Positions 37,903 to 47,517 of a stretch of 64,000 nt of DNA are shown here, in pieces. The stretch spans positions 32,001 through 96,000 of the forward strand of contig JBCCQY010000004.1 of assembly GCA_039208735.1 (NCBI GenBank), read 5' to 3'. The notes under the pieces are model-generated. The model was not told the origin of the DNA, ran no database searches, and saw only the letters and a program-made list of their open reading frames with translations. The translations under genes were made by a program, and so were the position numbers. The stretch comes from Myxococcota bacterium (GTDB lineage: Bacteria; Myxococcota_A; UBA796; GCA-2862545). Position 1 is the first letter of the stretch, and every line of letters begins with the position of its first letter.

Positions 37903-38874
37903 ATGGTGCGCCTGGGAAATAGCACGGTCATCGTCGATCGTGGGCGTCGGAAGGATGAAGATCGCGACCGCAGGCTGCTCCGTGAGATCGAACGTCAGGC
38001 AGGCCTCGTGCGTGGAACCCTCGAGCGCACCGACGTCATGAATGCCCGTGAGTACCGTCTCATTGAAGGCGTGGACCATGAGTCGGCGGATCGACTCGCC
38101 GCGCTCGCCCGTCGCATGGGCTTCAATCCGCTGGTGGTCGACCATCTGGGCATTCATTGGACCCCCTCGCTGCGGCTCGAGGTCCTGATTGCGGTTCCAG
38201 TGGGCATCTTGGCCGTGCCGCTGGCGTTGTCGATCGTCCAGCTCCTAACCGGGGGTCTGGGCACGATGTTTGGCGTGCTCGTGGGGCTGGTCTCGGGGCT
38301 GCTGGTGTGGTGGTGGGCCCGCCTTCGCTCCTACCTGCCGCTCGTGGTCTCCCCGCATGCGATCGCAGAACAGATCGCAGAGCCCGTCCGTCAAGCGCTC
38401 GTCGAAGCGGATGAAGCGGTCCAAGACCTCGCCGAACAACTGAACCGGCCCGATGCTACCGAATCCGCCAAGGCCGAGCTGAAACCCGTGATCCGCGAGC
38501 TACGCGAACGCCTCGTCCTGCTTCGCGGGGAAGCGGCCCGCTCGTTTGCGGTGACGGAGTCGCGCCTGGACGCCATGCGGGACCGCCTTCACGAAGCTGC
38601 CGAAGCGGGAGAGGTTGCGGCCGCACTCGATGTGCTCGTGGCGACGATCGAGCACGAAAAACCTGCTCAGACCAAACGCGAGGGCCGCGTTCGGGGCGTT
38701 GCCAGCGAACTTCGCTCAATCCGTGAGACCGCACGCCAGGCCCTCTCCCGGCGCCCCGTTCTCGACGCCGACTCCGAAACGATGGACCAACTCCGCGAAG
38801 AAGTCGCCGAGATGCGGCGTCGGGCCGATGGTTCGGCCTCGGCCAGTGCCTCGGTCATTCGAGAAATTCAGTAG
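37903..38874 (+). CDS. Membrane protein with two TM helices and long C-terminal coiled coil
   Basis: Hydrophobic hairpin mid-protein followed by a heptad-rich E/R/A tail. Confidence 0.75.
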   Translation: MVRLGNSTVIVDRGRRKDEDRDRRLLREIERQAGLVRGTLERTDVMNAREYRLIEGVDHESADRLAALARRMGFNPLVVDHLGIHWTPSLRLEVLIAVPVGILAVPLALSIVQLLTGGLGTMFGVLVGLVSGLLVWWWARLRSYLPLVVSPHAIAEQIAEPVRQALVEADEAVQDLAEQLNRPDATESAKAELKPVIRELRERLVLLRGEAARSFAVTESRLDAMRDRLHEAAEAGEVAAALDVLVATIEHEKPAQTKREGRVRGVASELRSIRETARQALSRRPVLDADSETMDQLREEVAEMRRRADGSASASASVIREIQ

Positions 38875-38921
38875 CCGCGTCGATTTGCGGAGCCTACGGC
38901 TCGGCCAATAGACAGGTGTTC

Positions 38922-39419
38922 ATGAAGGTGTTTGGGATCGACCCGGGCAGTCGGGTCACAGGGTTTGGCGTTGTCGAACGACGGCGTGGCCGACTGTGCT
39001 TTATCGATGCGGGGTGCGTGAAGACCAACGCGTCACAGCCGATGGAAGAACGGCTCTTGGCGATCTACACAGGCCTCGTTGAAGCGCTCACGCGGCATTC
39101 GGATGTGGATTCGGTAGCCATCGAGGCCATTTTCAAGCACAAATCTGCTGAGTCGGCGATTCGATTGGGCCAAGCCCGTGGGGTGGCGCTCCTTGCCGCG
39201 GCGCAGGCCGGGTTCAACGCGGTGCCCTACAACCCCGGCACGGTCAAGCGCACCGTTGGTGCCCACGGCGCGGCCGACAAGAACGCCGTCGCCCGGGTGG
39301 TCACGATGTTGCTGGGCGAGCTGCCTCCGGGGCCTCACGACGTGGCCGATGCGCTCGCCATCGCGATCACGCATTTGTCCCACGCCCGCAACGCGGTCCC
39401 GGTTCGGAGGGCGCGATGA
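38922..39419 (+). CDS. ruvC: Crossover junction endodeoxyribonuclease RuvC
   Basis: GIDPGSRVTGFGVV, AIE, LGQARGV and DVADALAIAITH. Confidence 0.97.
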   Translation: MKVFGIDPGSRVTGFGVVERRRGRLCFIDAGCVKTNASQPMEERLLAIYTGLVEALTRHSDVDSVAIEAIFKHKSAESAIRLGQARGVALLAAAQAGFNAVPYNPGTVKRTVGAHGAADKNAVARVVTMLLGELPPGPHDVADALAIAITHLSHARNAVPVRRAR

Positions 39420-40018
39420 TCGGTCGCCTGCGTGGACAGTGGATCGACGAGGCGCCCGGCCAGGGCGTCGTGGACGTCAATGGCGTTGGTTACCTGGTGT
39501 TCGCCCCTGCCCGGGCGGTCCTTGCTTGGCAAGGCGAACCTGAGGTCACGGTGCACATCCGCACCCAGGTTCGCGAAGATGCGATCACCCTCTACGGCTT
39601 TTCAGAGCCCGTCGACCGCGACGCCTTCGATGTTCTGCTCACCGTCAACGGCGTAGGTCCTCGCATGGCGTTGGCCACGCTCGACACGTTGACGGTCACC
39701 GAACTCGCCCAGGCGGTCCAGGCCGACGACGTCCTGGCGTTGTCGCGAATTCCCGGCATCGGCCGGAAAAAGGCGCAACGGTTGGCGCTCGAACTCAAGG
39801 GCAAGTTGCCGTCTGGCGTGGGCAGTGGGGCGACGCCGACGCCGCGGCCGCGTGCCCCCGCCGACGATCTGCCGTTGGCGTTGGCCCAGTTGCAGTACGG
39901 AAAGACCGAAATCGACCGTGCCCTGGCCGGCTTGGCCAAGCTCGGGATTGCCGATGATGCGCCGCTGCAGGAACGCCTCGCGGGGGCCTTGCGGGTGCTT
40001 GCCGGGGGGGCCACGTGA
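39416..40018 (+). CDS. ruvA: Holliday junction branch migration protein RuvA
   Basis: [35 protein letters not shown] and [12 protein letters not shown]. Confidence 0.97.
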   Translation: MIGRLRGQWIDEAPGQGVVDVNGVGYLVFAPARAVLAWQGEPEVTVHIRTQVREDAITLYGFSEPVDRDAFDVLLTVNGVGPRMALATLDTLTVTELAQAVQADDVLALSRIPGIGRKKAQRLALELKGKLPSGVGSGATPTPRPRAPADDLPLALAQLQYGKTEIDRALAGLAKLGIADDAPLQERLAGALRVLAGGAT

Positions 40019-41049
40019 GCGACGACGACGACGACGAGTCGAGAATCATCGATCCGAGGCCGAACGTCTCGGACGACCCTGCATTGCGACCGCGGAACTT
40101 GGCCGAGTATGTCGGACAGGAGCGAGTCCGCGACAACCTGCACATCTACATTCGGGCGGCCCTGCAGCGGGGCGAGGCCCTCGACCACGTGCTGTTCTCG
40201 GGTCCGCCGGGGCTCGGGAAGACGTCGATGGCCTACATCGTGGCCGAGGAGCTCGGGGTCGAGCTGCGGACGGCGTCGGGCCCGACCATCGAGCGAAAGG
40301 GTGATCTCGCCGCGATCCTCAATGGTCTGCAGCCCCGTGAGGTGCTGTTCATCGACGAGATTCACCGGTTGCACCGCGCGGTCGAAGAAATCCTCTACCC
40401 CGCCATGGAGGACTTCGAGATCGACCTGGTGCTCGGTCAAGGCCCAGGGGCCAACTCGATCAAGCTCCCCTTGCCCCGCTTCACGCTGGTGGGGGCGACC
40501 ACCCGGTCGGGCATGTTGTCGGCGCCGCTGCGGGCGCGGTTTGGCATCCACGCCACGTTCGACTTCTACACGCCCGAAGAACTCGAACAGATCCTCACGC
40601 GGTCTGCGCAGAAGCTCGGGGTGGAGCTGACCGAGGCGGGCTGCCGGGAACTCGCCCGCCGTTCGCGGGGCACGCCCCGGGTGGCGAATCGGCTCTTGCG
40701 ACGGGTGCGAGACTTTGCCCAGGTCGAAGGCGACGGTCGGGTGGATGAGGCCGTCGCGGGCTCGGCACTCGAGCGGCTCGACATCGACGACGAAGGGCTC
40801 GACGGCATGGATCGAAAGATCTTGTACGCCATCGCCGCGAAGTTCGATGGAGGCCCCGTGGGGCTCGACACACTGTCTCACGCCGTAGGCGAATCCCCGG
40901 ACACCATCGAAGACACCTACGAGCCCTTCCTCATCCTGCAGGGGTATGTCAATCGCACACCGCGAGGACGCGTCATTACATCGCGGGGCTTGCGCCAGGT
41001 AGGCTTGGACGACAAGAAACGTCCCGGCGACCAGGGGAGCTTGTTTTGA
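40015..41049 (+). CDS. ruvB: Holliday junction branch migration helicase RuvB
   Basis: [33 protein letters not shown] and [16 protein letters not shown]. Confidence 0.98.
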   Translation: MSDDDDDESRIIDPRPNVSDDPALRPRNLAEYVGQERVRDNLHIYIRAALQRGEALDHVLFSGPPGLGKTSMAYIVAEELGVELRTASGPTIERKGDLAAILNGLQPREVLFIDEIHRLHRAVEEILYPAMEDFEIDLVLGQGPGANSIKLPLPRFTLVGATTRSGMLSAPLRARFGIHATFDFYTPEELEQILTRSAQKLGVELTEAGCRELARRSRGTPRVANRLLRRVRDFAQVEGDGRVDEAVAGSALERLDIDDEGLDGMDRKILYAIAAKFDGGPVGLDTLSHAVGESPDTIEDTYEPFLILQGYVNRTPRGRVITSRGLRQVGLDDKKRPGDQGSLF

Positions 41050-41474
41050 TCGCATTCGTGTTGTTGGCCTGCTCGAGCAAGGGTCCTTCTGTCTCTGCCA
41101 ACGCCGGAGAGGCCGTGCTGCGCTTCGGCGAGCATGAACTTACCGTCGAAATCGTGGCGGACAACGAGAGCCGGGCCCAGGGGCTCATGCACCGCAAGAG
41201 CATGGACGAGAACCGCGGCATGCTGTTCATCTACCCTGACGAGGCGGTCCGGCAGTTTTGGATGAAGAACACGCACATTCCGCTGTCCATCGCGTTTGCG
41301 AATCGGAAGGGCAAGATCGTCACGATCTCCGACATGGAGCCCTTCGACTTGACCCGGACCTCCTCGTTCGTACCGGCGAAGTACGCCGTCGAAACCAATG
41401 TGGGTTGGTTCGACAAGCGTGAGGTCAAGCACGGCCTCGTCATCGAGGGCATTCCCGACGTCGAAGCCAAGTAG
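41046..41474 (+). CDS. DUF192 family lipoprotein
   Basis: [31 protein letters not shown] and YAVE.N.GWF. Confidence 0.92.
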   Translation: MIAFVLLACSSKGPSVSANAGEAVLRFGEHELTVEIVADNESRAQGLMHRKSMDENRGMLFIYPDEAVRQFWMKNTHIPLSIAFANRKGKIVTISDMEPFDLTRTSSFVPAKYAVETNVGWFDKREVKHGLVIEGIPDVEAK

Positions 41475-43674
41475 CGGCCCAGGGCTGCAAGCCCTCGGCC
41501 TGCAACGCAGCCACGAAGTCTGCCCCTGCAGCCGACCCTTCGCGGTAGAACACGGCGGGCTCTCCGATGGGGGCATCCACGCGTTCGGTGGAGACGGCGT
41601 CTGCGCTGCCGTACACGTCACCCGTCCACACATGGACCCACCGGTCGGGCGGGAAGGTCACGTTGACCCCGAGCTGCCCCGGGTCGAGCACCGGGGCCAC
41701 CAGAAATTCACTTCCCAGCAGCCACTCGGTGGTCACGTCACGAAGCTCGGGCGCATCGGGGTAGTGCAGCGGCAGATGGCGCACCACCGGCCACCCACGT
41801 TCACTGGCTTCGGTGAACAGCGTCCGGCGGTAGGGGGTGAGCGCTCGATAGACCTTCGCCATTCGCCCGAACAGCTCGGTCAGCTCGTCGTTCGTGTGCC
41901 ATTGCGAATTGGCGGCGGCGTTGCTGCCCCCGTGGGTTCGGTAGACCGCGGTGAACGCATTGGCCTCCATCCACCGCGACAACAGCTCGTCGTTGCGTGC
42001 GGCGAGCACGAGGTTGCCTTGCAGTAGCGTGGTAAACCCGCCGATGTCGCTGTGGTTGAGGCTCATGCCCGAGTACCCGCCGGACAACAGCCCCACTACG
42101 GCGCTCTTGATGCCGTCGAACTCATCCCAGGTCACGTTCTGGTCGCCTTCCCAGAACAACGGCACCAAGCCGGGGCTCTCGGTGTAGGCGGCGCGGGCGA
42201 AGAAGAGGGCGTCGCCGATGAGGCCTTCCTCTTCGAGCACTTCGCGGTTCAGTTTGGCCCATTCGACGGGATACCGGTTGTGCCACGCCACAGGGTCATC
42301 GCCCGAGAACAGGGCGCTTTCGAAGGGCAAGGCTTCGCCGAAGTCGCACATCCAGCCCGACGTTCCGGTCGACAGCACCTCATCGCGCATCACCCCCTTG
42401 AACCACTCGCGCGCATCCGGGTTGGTGAGGTCCACAATGGCGGCCGAAAAGTCGCTATTCGGAATGAGCAACGTCTCGCCTTCTTCGTTGGCCACGAGGT
42501 AGCCAGCCGCCTCCGCCTCCGCGAAGAGGTTGCGTCGGAAGTTCCCAAGCGTGGAGACGTCGATGAGGAAGGGGTTGACGTAAGTAAGGACGCGGATGCC
42601 GTCCTTACGCAGGTCTGCGACGAGGTCGGTCCAGGTTGGGTAGATGTCCTCGGCGAGAATCCAGTTCCAGAACAACTGGCGTCCGAGGATGGTTTCTCGG
42701 TCGCCGACCCAATCTTCGATCCACATGGCGGCGACGGGCACGTCAAACTCAGCCAACCGGTCGATGAAGCCGCGAATCTGCTTTTCTCCGCCCCGGTGCC
42801 ACACGATGGCGCCCTGGTCCACCCAGTTGGGCAGCGGCTCCATGCGTCCGGAGTACTCGGTGAAGGTCTCGATGAGGTCGAGCGCAGAGTCGCCGTGCAA
42901 GACACGGGCGTCGAGTCGGCGAGCCAGCACCTCGGTTTCGACAACCTCGTCGGCGGTCATGTCGAAGATCGCCACCTCGTCGTTTTCGAGGAACATCGAG
43001 TGAAGATCGGAGGTGATGTAGTGAGGCATCGGTGCGTTCGTGCTGAACTCTGAGCCGCCTGTGCCCGGGGCAATCTGCTCCACGACCGGCGTGACGATAG
43101 GGTCTCCCCGACCGATGCCTTGTTCCTGAACGACAATGGGCAGTCGGCGTCCCTTTTGGTCGAGCGGCGAGTATTGCTCTCCGAAGCCGTAGAACGACTC
43201 TTCCGCCCGGCTTGCGGTCCGCAGTCGGATGCGGTTTAGGCTCGTCTCGTCGTCGAGGACCGCAGAGATGGCCACCTGCCGCTCGTCCAGGGCGGTGAAG
43301 GTGACGGTGAGGGCCGCATCGCAGCCGCCTCCGGTCACCCGTCCGGCGACGGTGACGGTCGGATGTTGGGCGTCGATCGAGGTGACGTCGAAGTTTCGGC
43401 AGTCGCTGATTTGGTTTTCTTCGATGGTCACCGAGGCCGCTTGTTCGATGAACTCGGTCTCCACCTCCGCGGCGCCCACGAAGCTGCCCGCAGCGGGGCT
43501 CTCCCAAACGGTGTTGTCCCCCTCCGTCACCGCGAGTCGAGCGGTGCTGTCCGCGTTGATGGTCAACGAGAAGGTGCCCAGCGGAAAGGTACCGGTCGTC
43601 ACCGCCATGGGGTCGTCGCCGGAGCGGCAGGCCAATACCCCCAGCCCGATCCAAAAGAACCATCGCCCAGCCAT
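41440..43674 (-). CDS. GH31 alpha-glycosidase lipoprotein, YihQ/sulfoquinovosidase-like
   Basis: YGFGEQ, GWMCDFGE (nucleophile), WEGDQ (acid/base) and HSDIGG. Lipobox LGVLAC; RBS GGAGGG. Confidence 0.9.
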   Translation of the reverse strand: MAGRWFFWIGLGVLACRSGDDPMAVTTGTFPLGTFSLTINADSTARLAVTEGDNTVWESPAAGSFVGAAEVETEFIEQAASVTIEENQISDCRNFDVTSIDAQHPTVTVAGRVTGGGCDAALTVTFTALDERQVAISAVLDDETSLNRIRLRTASRAEESFYGFGEQYSPLDQKGRRLPIVVQEQGIGRGDPIVTPVVEQIAPGTGGSEFSTNAPMPHYITSDLHSMFLENDEVAIFDMTADEVVETEVLARRLDARVLHGDSALDLIETFTEYSGRMEPLPNWVDQGAIVWHRGGEKQIRGFIDRLAEFDVPVAAMWIEDWVGDRETILGRQLFWNWILAEDIYPTWTDLVADLRKDGIRVLTYVNPFLIDVSTLGNFRRNLFAEAEAAGYLVANEEGETLLIPNSDFSAAIVDLTNPDAREWFKGVMRDEVLSTGTSGWMCDFGEALPFESALFSGDDPVAWHNRYPVEWAKLNREVLEEEGLIGDALFFARAAYTESPGLVPLFWEGDQNVTWDEFDGIKSAVVGLLSGGYSGMSLNHSDIGGFTTLLQGNLVLAARNDELLSRWMEANAFTAVYRTHGGSNAAANSQWHTNDELTELFGRMAKVYRALTPYRRTLFTEASERGWPVVRHLPLHYPDAPELRDVTTEWLLGSEFLVAPVLDPGQLGVNVTFPPDRWVHVWTGDVYGSADAVSTERVDAPIGEPAVFYREGSAAGADFVAALQAEGLQPWAATWLRRRECPR

Positions 43675-43744
43675 CGTACCCTCCAGAAATTCGAAGCCCG
43701 ATGATAGCCGGAGACGTCCCCGGCGACGGGCGAAGGGGGTGGGT

Positions 43745-44683
43745 GTGCACTCGATACAGACAGAAGAACCATCCGAGGTTCCCGACCTTCGAGGAAGGGT
43801 GATCGCGGTGACGGGGGCCACGGGGTTCATCGGTCGTCACTTGGTGGCGGGACTGAAGAACGCGGGGGCGAACCTTGTTGGCGTGGTGCGACGGCCCGAG
43901 CGAGGGAACGACCTCATGGAGGCTGGAGTCGAACTCCGCAAGGCCGATCTCCGGGATGAGGACGCGCTTCGGCGCGCGCTTACGGGGGTGGATGCGGTGG
44001 TTTCAAATGCCTCCATCGCAGTTGGTCGATCGCCTCAAGGCTCCGTGCGCGACCATGCCGAACTCGAAGCCCAGATCATGGTGGGGCTCGCCCGTGCCGC
44101 ACGGGATGCCGGCAGTCCGCGCTTCATCCACATTTCATCGGTCGCTGTGTATCGCGATGTTCCCCTGTTTCGACCTGGTCAAGAGTCGGCCCCTCTCCGG
44201 GGAATGCAACGCAATCTCGCCTCTCTGTTCTTTTCGCGCGGGTACGGCGAAGCCAAAGCCACAGCGGAAAAGGCACTTTGGAACCAGTCTGGGCTTTCGT
44301 TGACGGTATTACGGCCCGGTCCGGTGTATGGGTCGGGTGACCACAAGGTGCTGGTGGACTGGGGAAAGTGGCTGCTCGGTCGTTGGGCGGTGGTGCCCAA
44401 CGCACACATTCCGTTTGTGCATGCGGGCGACGTGGCCACAGCGGTGGTGGGTGCACTTGCGAATTCGGACACGATCGGGCGAGCCTACAATGTAACCGGA
44501 CCACCACTCGCAATTGCTGATGCAGCGCGAATACTTCGGTCAATCCGGGGCATTGAGGGGCCGGTGGTCGGGATTCCCGTCCCCGTGCGGGTTTCATGGG
44601 ATAATGCCGCAGCTCGAAGGGATCTGGGCGTGAGTTTTCGAACCATTGAGGCAGGACTTCAAGAATCCTTCGGTGTCACGTAG
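43745..44683 (+). CDS. NAD-dependent epimerase/dehydratase (extended SDR)
   Basis: VTGATGFIG, HISSVAVY, YGEAK and LRPGPVYG; start uncertain. Confidence 0.88.
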   Translation: MHSIQTEEPSEVPDLRGRVIAVTGATGFIGRHLVAGLKNAGANLVGVVRRPERGNDLMEAGVELRKADLRDEDALRRALTGVDAVVSNASIAVGRSPQGSVRDHAELEAQIMVGLARAARDAGSPRFIHISSVAVYRDVPLFRPGQESAPLRGMQRNLASLFFSRGYGEAKATAEKALWNQSGLSLTVLRPGPVYGSGDHKVLVDWGKWLLGRWAVVPNAHIPFVHAGDVATAVVGALANSDTIGRAYNVTGPPLAIADAARILRSIRGIEGPVVGIPVPVRVSWDNAAARRDLGVSFRTIEAGLQESFGVT

Positions 44684-44834
44684 CGGGTACAGGGTGCGAT
44701 CCAGGTTGAAATACGCTCGAAGGGATGGGCAGCACGGGCTTTCCGTTTCCCTGAGGTGAGCGATTTCCCACGATTGCCAATCTTTGATTATCGGTTCAGC
44801 AGCCCGCGGTTTGTCCTGCCCCCGGAGCAGTGCC

Positions 44835-46094
44835 ATGGCCCCCTCCCGTCATCGAAGTGCCGTCCGTACCGCCTCTGTGGCGGCGGTTCTGGTTGTCGTG
44901 ACGGCCACCTTGTGCCTCGCAGTGCGCCCCGAAATGGCCCCACTGTATGGCTTGATTGCCGGAATGGGCGGCATTGGCTGGGTCTTGTCACAAGTAGGTG
45001 CGCCCACCATGGGAGGCCTGCTTGCGAGTGCGGCGGGGCTCTTCCACCCTTGGTACGGTCTGTACACTCCGGAGCCTTCGACCACGGTGGTGAGCGAAGT
45101 GGGTTGGCTCGTGCTGGCCAGTTGCATGGCGGCAGCGACCCTTCGTCCTGCGCTCTTTCTGGCCTTTTCCACAGCAAACGCCACCATCTTGCTGGGATTG
45201 GTGTGGTCGCATGCCGCACTTGAACCGTCGATACGGTGGGCGCTTGCGGGGCTTGTGGGACTGTTGACGCTTGGCGGGGTGGTCGTGGCCTGGCAGCGTC
45301 GTCGACTGGCTGACGATGTGGAACGGCGCGAAACCGACCTGCGGGATGCCGAGTTGGTTGCCCGGGCCCGCGCGGCCGCGGCGGAAGCCGCACGGGAGCG
45401 CCTTGAGCGCGCGCATACCGAACTAATGGCCGAGTCGCGCACCGCAGTGGTGGGCGAGTTGTCAGCGGCGATCGGCCATGAGATCAACAATCCCCTCACC
45501 ACCATCATGATGGCGTCGGAGGACCTGGCGCTCCGGCGGCCTCGTGACCCTGATGTCGAGGCTGCTCTCGAGCTGATTCGAACCGCGACGAACCGCTGCC
45601 GAGAGGTGGTAGGACGGCTACTTCGGCACGCAGAACTTGGCGATACCACGGTCCGCAGCGTCGACTTTGCCGCGATTGCCCAGGATGCGCTGGAGTTGAC
45701 ACGGCGTCACCTGGAGCAACACGGCGCCCACGTCGACATTCAGCTCGCCGAGCCGCTCGTGGTGTCTGGCAATGCGGGAGAGTTGAGGCAGGTGGTGTTC
45801 AATCTGCTGATGCACGTGGCGACCCGCTCGCCCACGCTTGTGGAGGTCATCGGCGGAACCAGTCCTGTGCAGGCTTGGCTCACCATTCGAGACGATGGGG
45901 CGCCCATGGCAGACGCCCAACGCGCCGCGGCCTTCCAGCCACTCCTCGCCGGCCATCCGAGTCCGATGATCGGGTTGGCCCTGTGCCGCACCTTGGTTCA
46001 GCGACATGGTGGACAGATTGGACTGACATCCGGCGTGCGGGGTTGTACCTTCACGGTGGCATTGCCACGCCGTGGGGGTCCGGTCGCTGGATGA
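44835..46094 (+). CDS. Membrane sensor histidine kinase-like protein with degenerate ATPase domain
   Basis: Multiple TMs, coiled coil, H-box GHEINNPL; altered N, G1 and G2 boxes. Confidence 0.85.
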   Translation: MAPSRHRSAVRTASVAAVLVVVTATLCLAVRPEMAPLYGLIAGMGGIGWVLSQVGAPTMGGLLASAAGLFHPWYGLYTPEPSTTVVSEVGWLVLASCMAAATLRPALFLAFSTANATILLGLVWSHAALEPSIRWALAGLVGLLTLGGVVVAWQRRRLADDVERRETDLRDAELVARARAAAAEAARERLERAHTELMAESRTAVVGELSAAIGHEINNPLTTIMMASEDLALRRPRDPDVEAALELIRTATNRCREVVGRLLRHAELGDTTVRSVDFAAIAQDALELTRRHLEQHGAHVDIQLAEPLVVSGNAGELRQVVFNLLMHVATRSPTLVEVIGGTSPVQAWLTIRDDGAPMADAQRAAAFQPLLAGHPSPMIGLALCRTLVQRHGGQIGLTSGVRGCTFTVALPRRGGPVAG

Positions 46095-46456
46095 GCTTTC
46101 ACGTGCTCCTCGTCGACGACGACGAACTCGTTCGGCGGAGTGTCGCGAGAAACCTCGAGTTTCGGAAGTACGGGGTGACGGCCTGCGCGAGTGGGCCCGA
46201 GGCGCTGGACGTGCTTGCGCAACGCGACGTGGACGTCGTGCTAAGCGATGTGTGGATGCCTGAGATGGACGGACTTCGGCTCCTTGAGATCATCAAGGAA
46301 CGGCGACCCAATTTGCCGGTCGTCCTGTTCACGGGCAACGCCATTGCGGAGTACGAAACCCGGGCTCGCGCGCTAGGCGCCGTGGAACTCCTCGCGAAGC
46401 CGTTGACCCCAGAGCGGCTTGAGTTGGCGCTCCGTCGTGCGGTGGGCGCGGACTAA
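46091..46456 (+). CDS. Single-domain response regulator (CheY-like)
   Basis: LLVDDD, SDVWMPEMDG, FTG and KP; ATGA overlap with the kinase gene. Confidence 0.93.
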   Translation: MSFHVLLVDDDELVRRSVARNLEFRKYGVTACASGPEALDVLAQRDVDVVLSDVWMPEMDGLRLLEIIKERRPNLPVVLFTGNAIAEYETRARALGAVELLAKPLTPERLELALRRAVGAD

Positions 46457-47454
46457 GGCAGCGTGAGGGTCGCACGTACGGCCAAGTGGTCAGACCCTCC
46501 CCCCGCCAGGCGGGTGGCATCGTTCAACCCGACGGAGGGAGACACCAGCAGGTAGTCAATGCGAAACCAGGGGCCTTGCCGGGCGACCACCCCAAGCGGC
46601 CATGGGGGACGGTGAGCCGAGGCGGCGATGCGAGGCCAGGTCGCCTGACGAAGGCCGAGTCCTCGCGCGGCATCCACCCATTCGTGGCGAGCCTCGATGA
46701 GCCAGGGTTCTTCGGGCAAGGTGTTGAAGTCACCGCCGATCAGAATCGGGTCGTGACGGTCTTTCATTTCGCGGGCGAGCCGGGTCCATTGGCGCTCGCG
46801 GAGTCGCGCGTTGCGTTCCAGGGCGATGGCGGCGCGTACGGGATGCTCCGATTGAGTCACGGCGCCCGAAGGTGAGGCGAGGTGAACGTGACAGATTCCA
46901 GAGCCACGAACGCTCTTGGGACCTTTGAGATCGACGCACTGCCCGATGACGCGTCCCGAGTCGTTTCGCCAGAGCTTGGGTCGGGTGAGGGGCACGCGAG
47001 AAAGCACCGCCATGCCGTGGGTTCCGCGATGGGGAGCGAAGACGTGGTAGGGAAGGAGCTTGGCTCGTTTGAGGCGGCCCACCCAATCGGGAGTCACCTC
47101 CTGCAGCAGGATGACGTCTGCGTTCTGTTGTCTCAACATGCGAATCGTGGCGTTGGGGCTGCCTCCGCGAAAGAGCACGTTGTGGCTCACGACGGTGAGG
47201 GGCGTGCCGTCATTGATTCGAGCCGGCCGGGACTCGTTGGTTGCGCGCACCACCAAGGTGCCGACGATCAAGGCGGCGATGACCGCAAGGCCCCGAGCCG
47301 CTCGGGGGTTGCGTCGGCCGAGGAACGCCGTGAACAACGCGAGCCCGGCCACGGGAACCAAGATGGTGTTCGCCGCTGTGGCGCCAAGTTGGAGGGGACT
47401 TGCCACCGCAAGCACCCAGATTCCCAGCCACAACACACCTGCAAGCTGAATCAT
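46453..47454 (-). CDS. Endonuclease/exonuclease/phosphatase family membrane protein (YafD-like)
   Basis: N-terminal TMs, SHNV, LQEV, HL, GGDFN, RIDY and SDH. Confidence 0.9.
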   Translation of the reverse strand: MIQLAGVLWLGIWVLAVASPLQLGATAANTILVPVAGLALFTAFLGRRNPRAARGLAVIAALIVGTLVVRATNESRPARINDGTPLTVVSHNVLFRGGSPNATIRMLRQQNADVILLQEVTPDWVGRLKRAKLLPYHVFAPHRGTHGMAVLSRVPLTRPKLWRNDSGRVIGQCVDLKGPKSVRGSGICHVHLASPSGAVTQSEHPVRAAIALERNARLRERQWTRLAREMKDRHDPILIGGDFNTLPEEPWLIEARHEWVDAARGLGLRQATWPRIAASAHRPPWPLGVVARQGPWFRIDYLLVSPSVGLNDATRLAGGGSDHLAVRATLTLP

Positions 47455-47517
47455 TCTTCCTCCGAACCCGGTTTATTCGAAGAACGTGCACGAATCGTGC
47501 AACCTGCGCGCAGAAGC

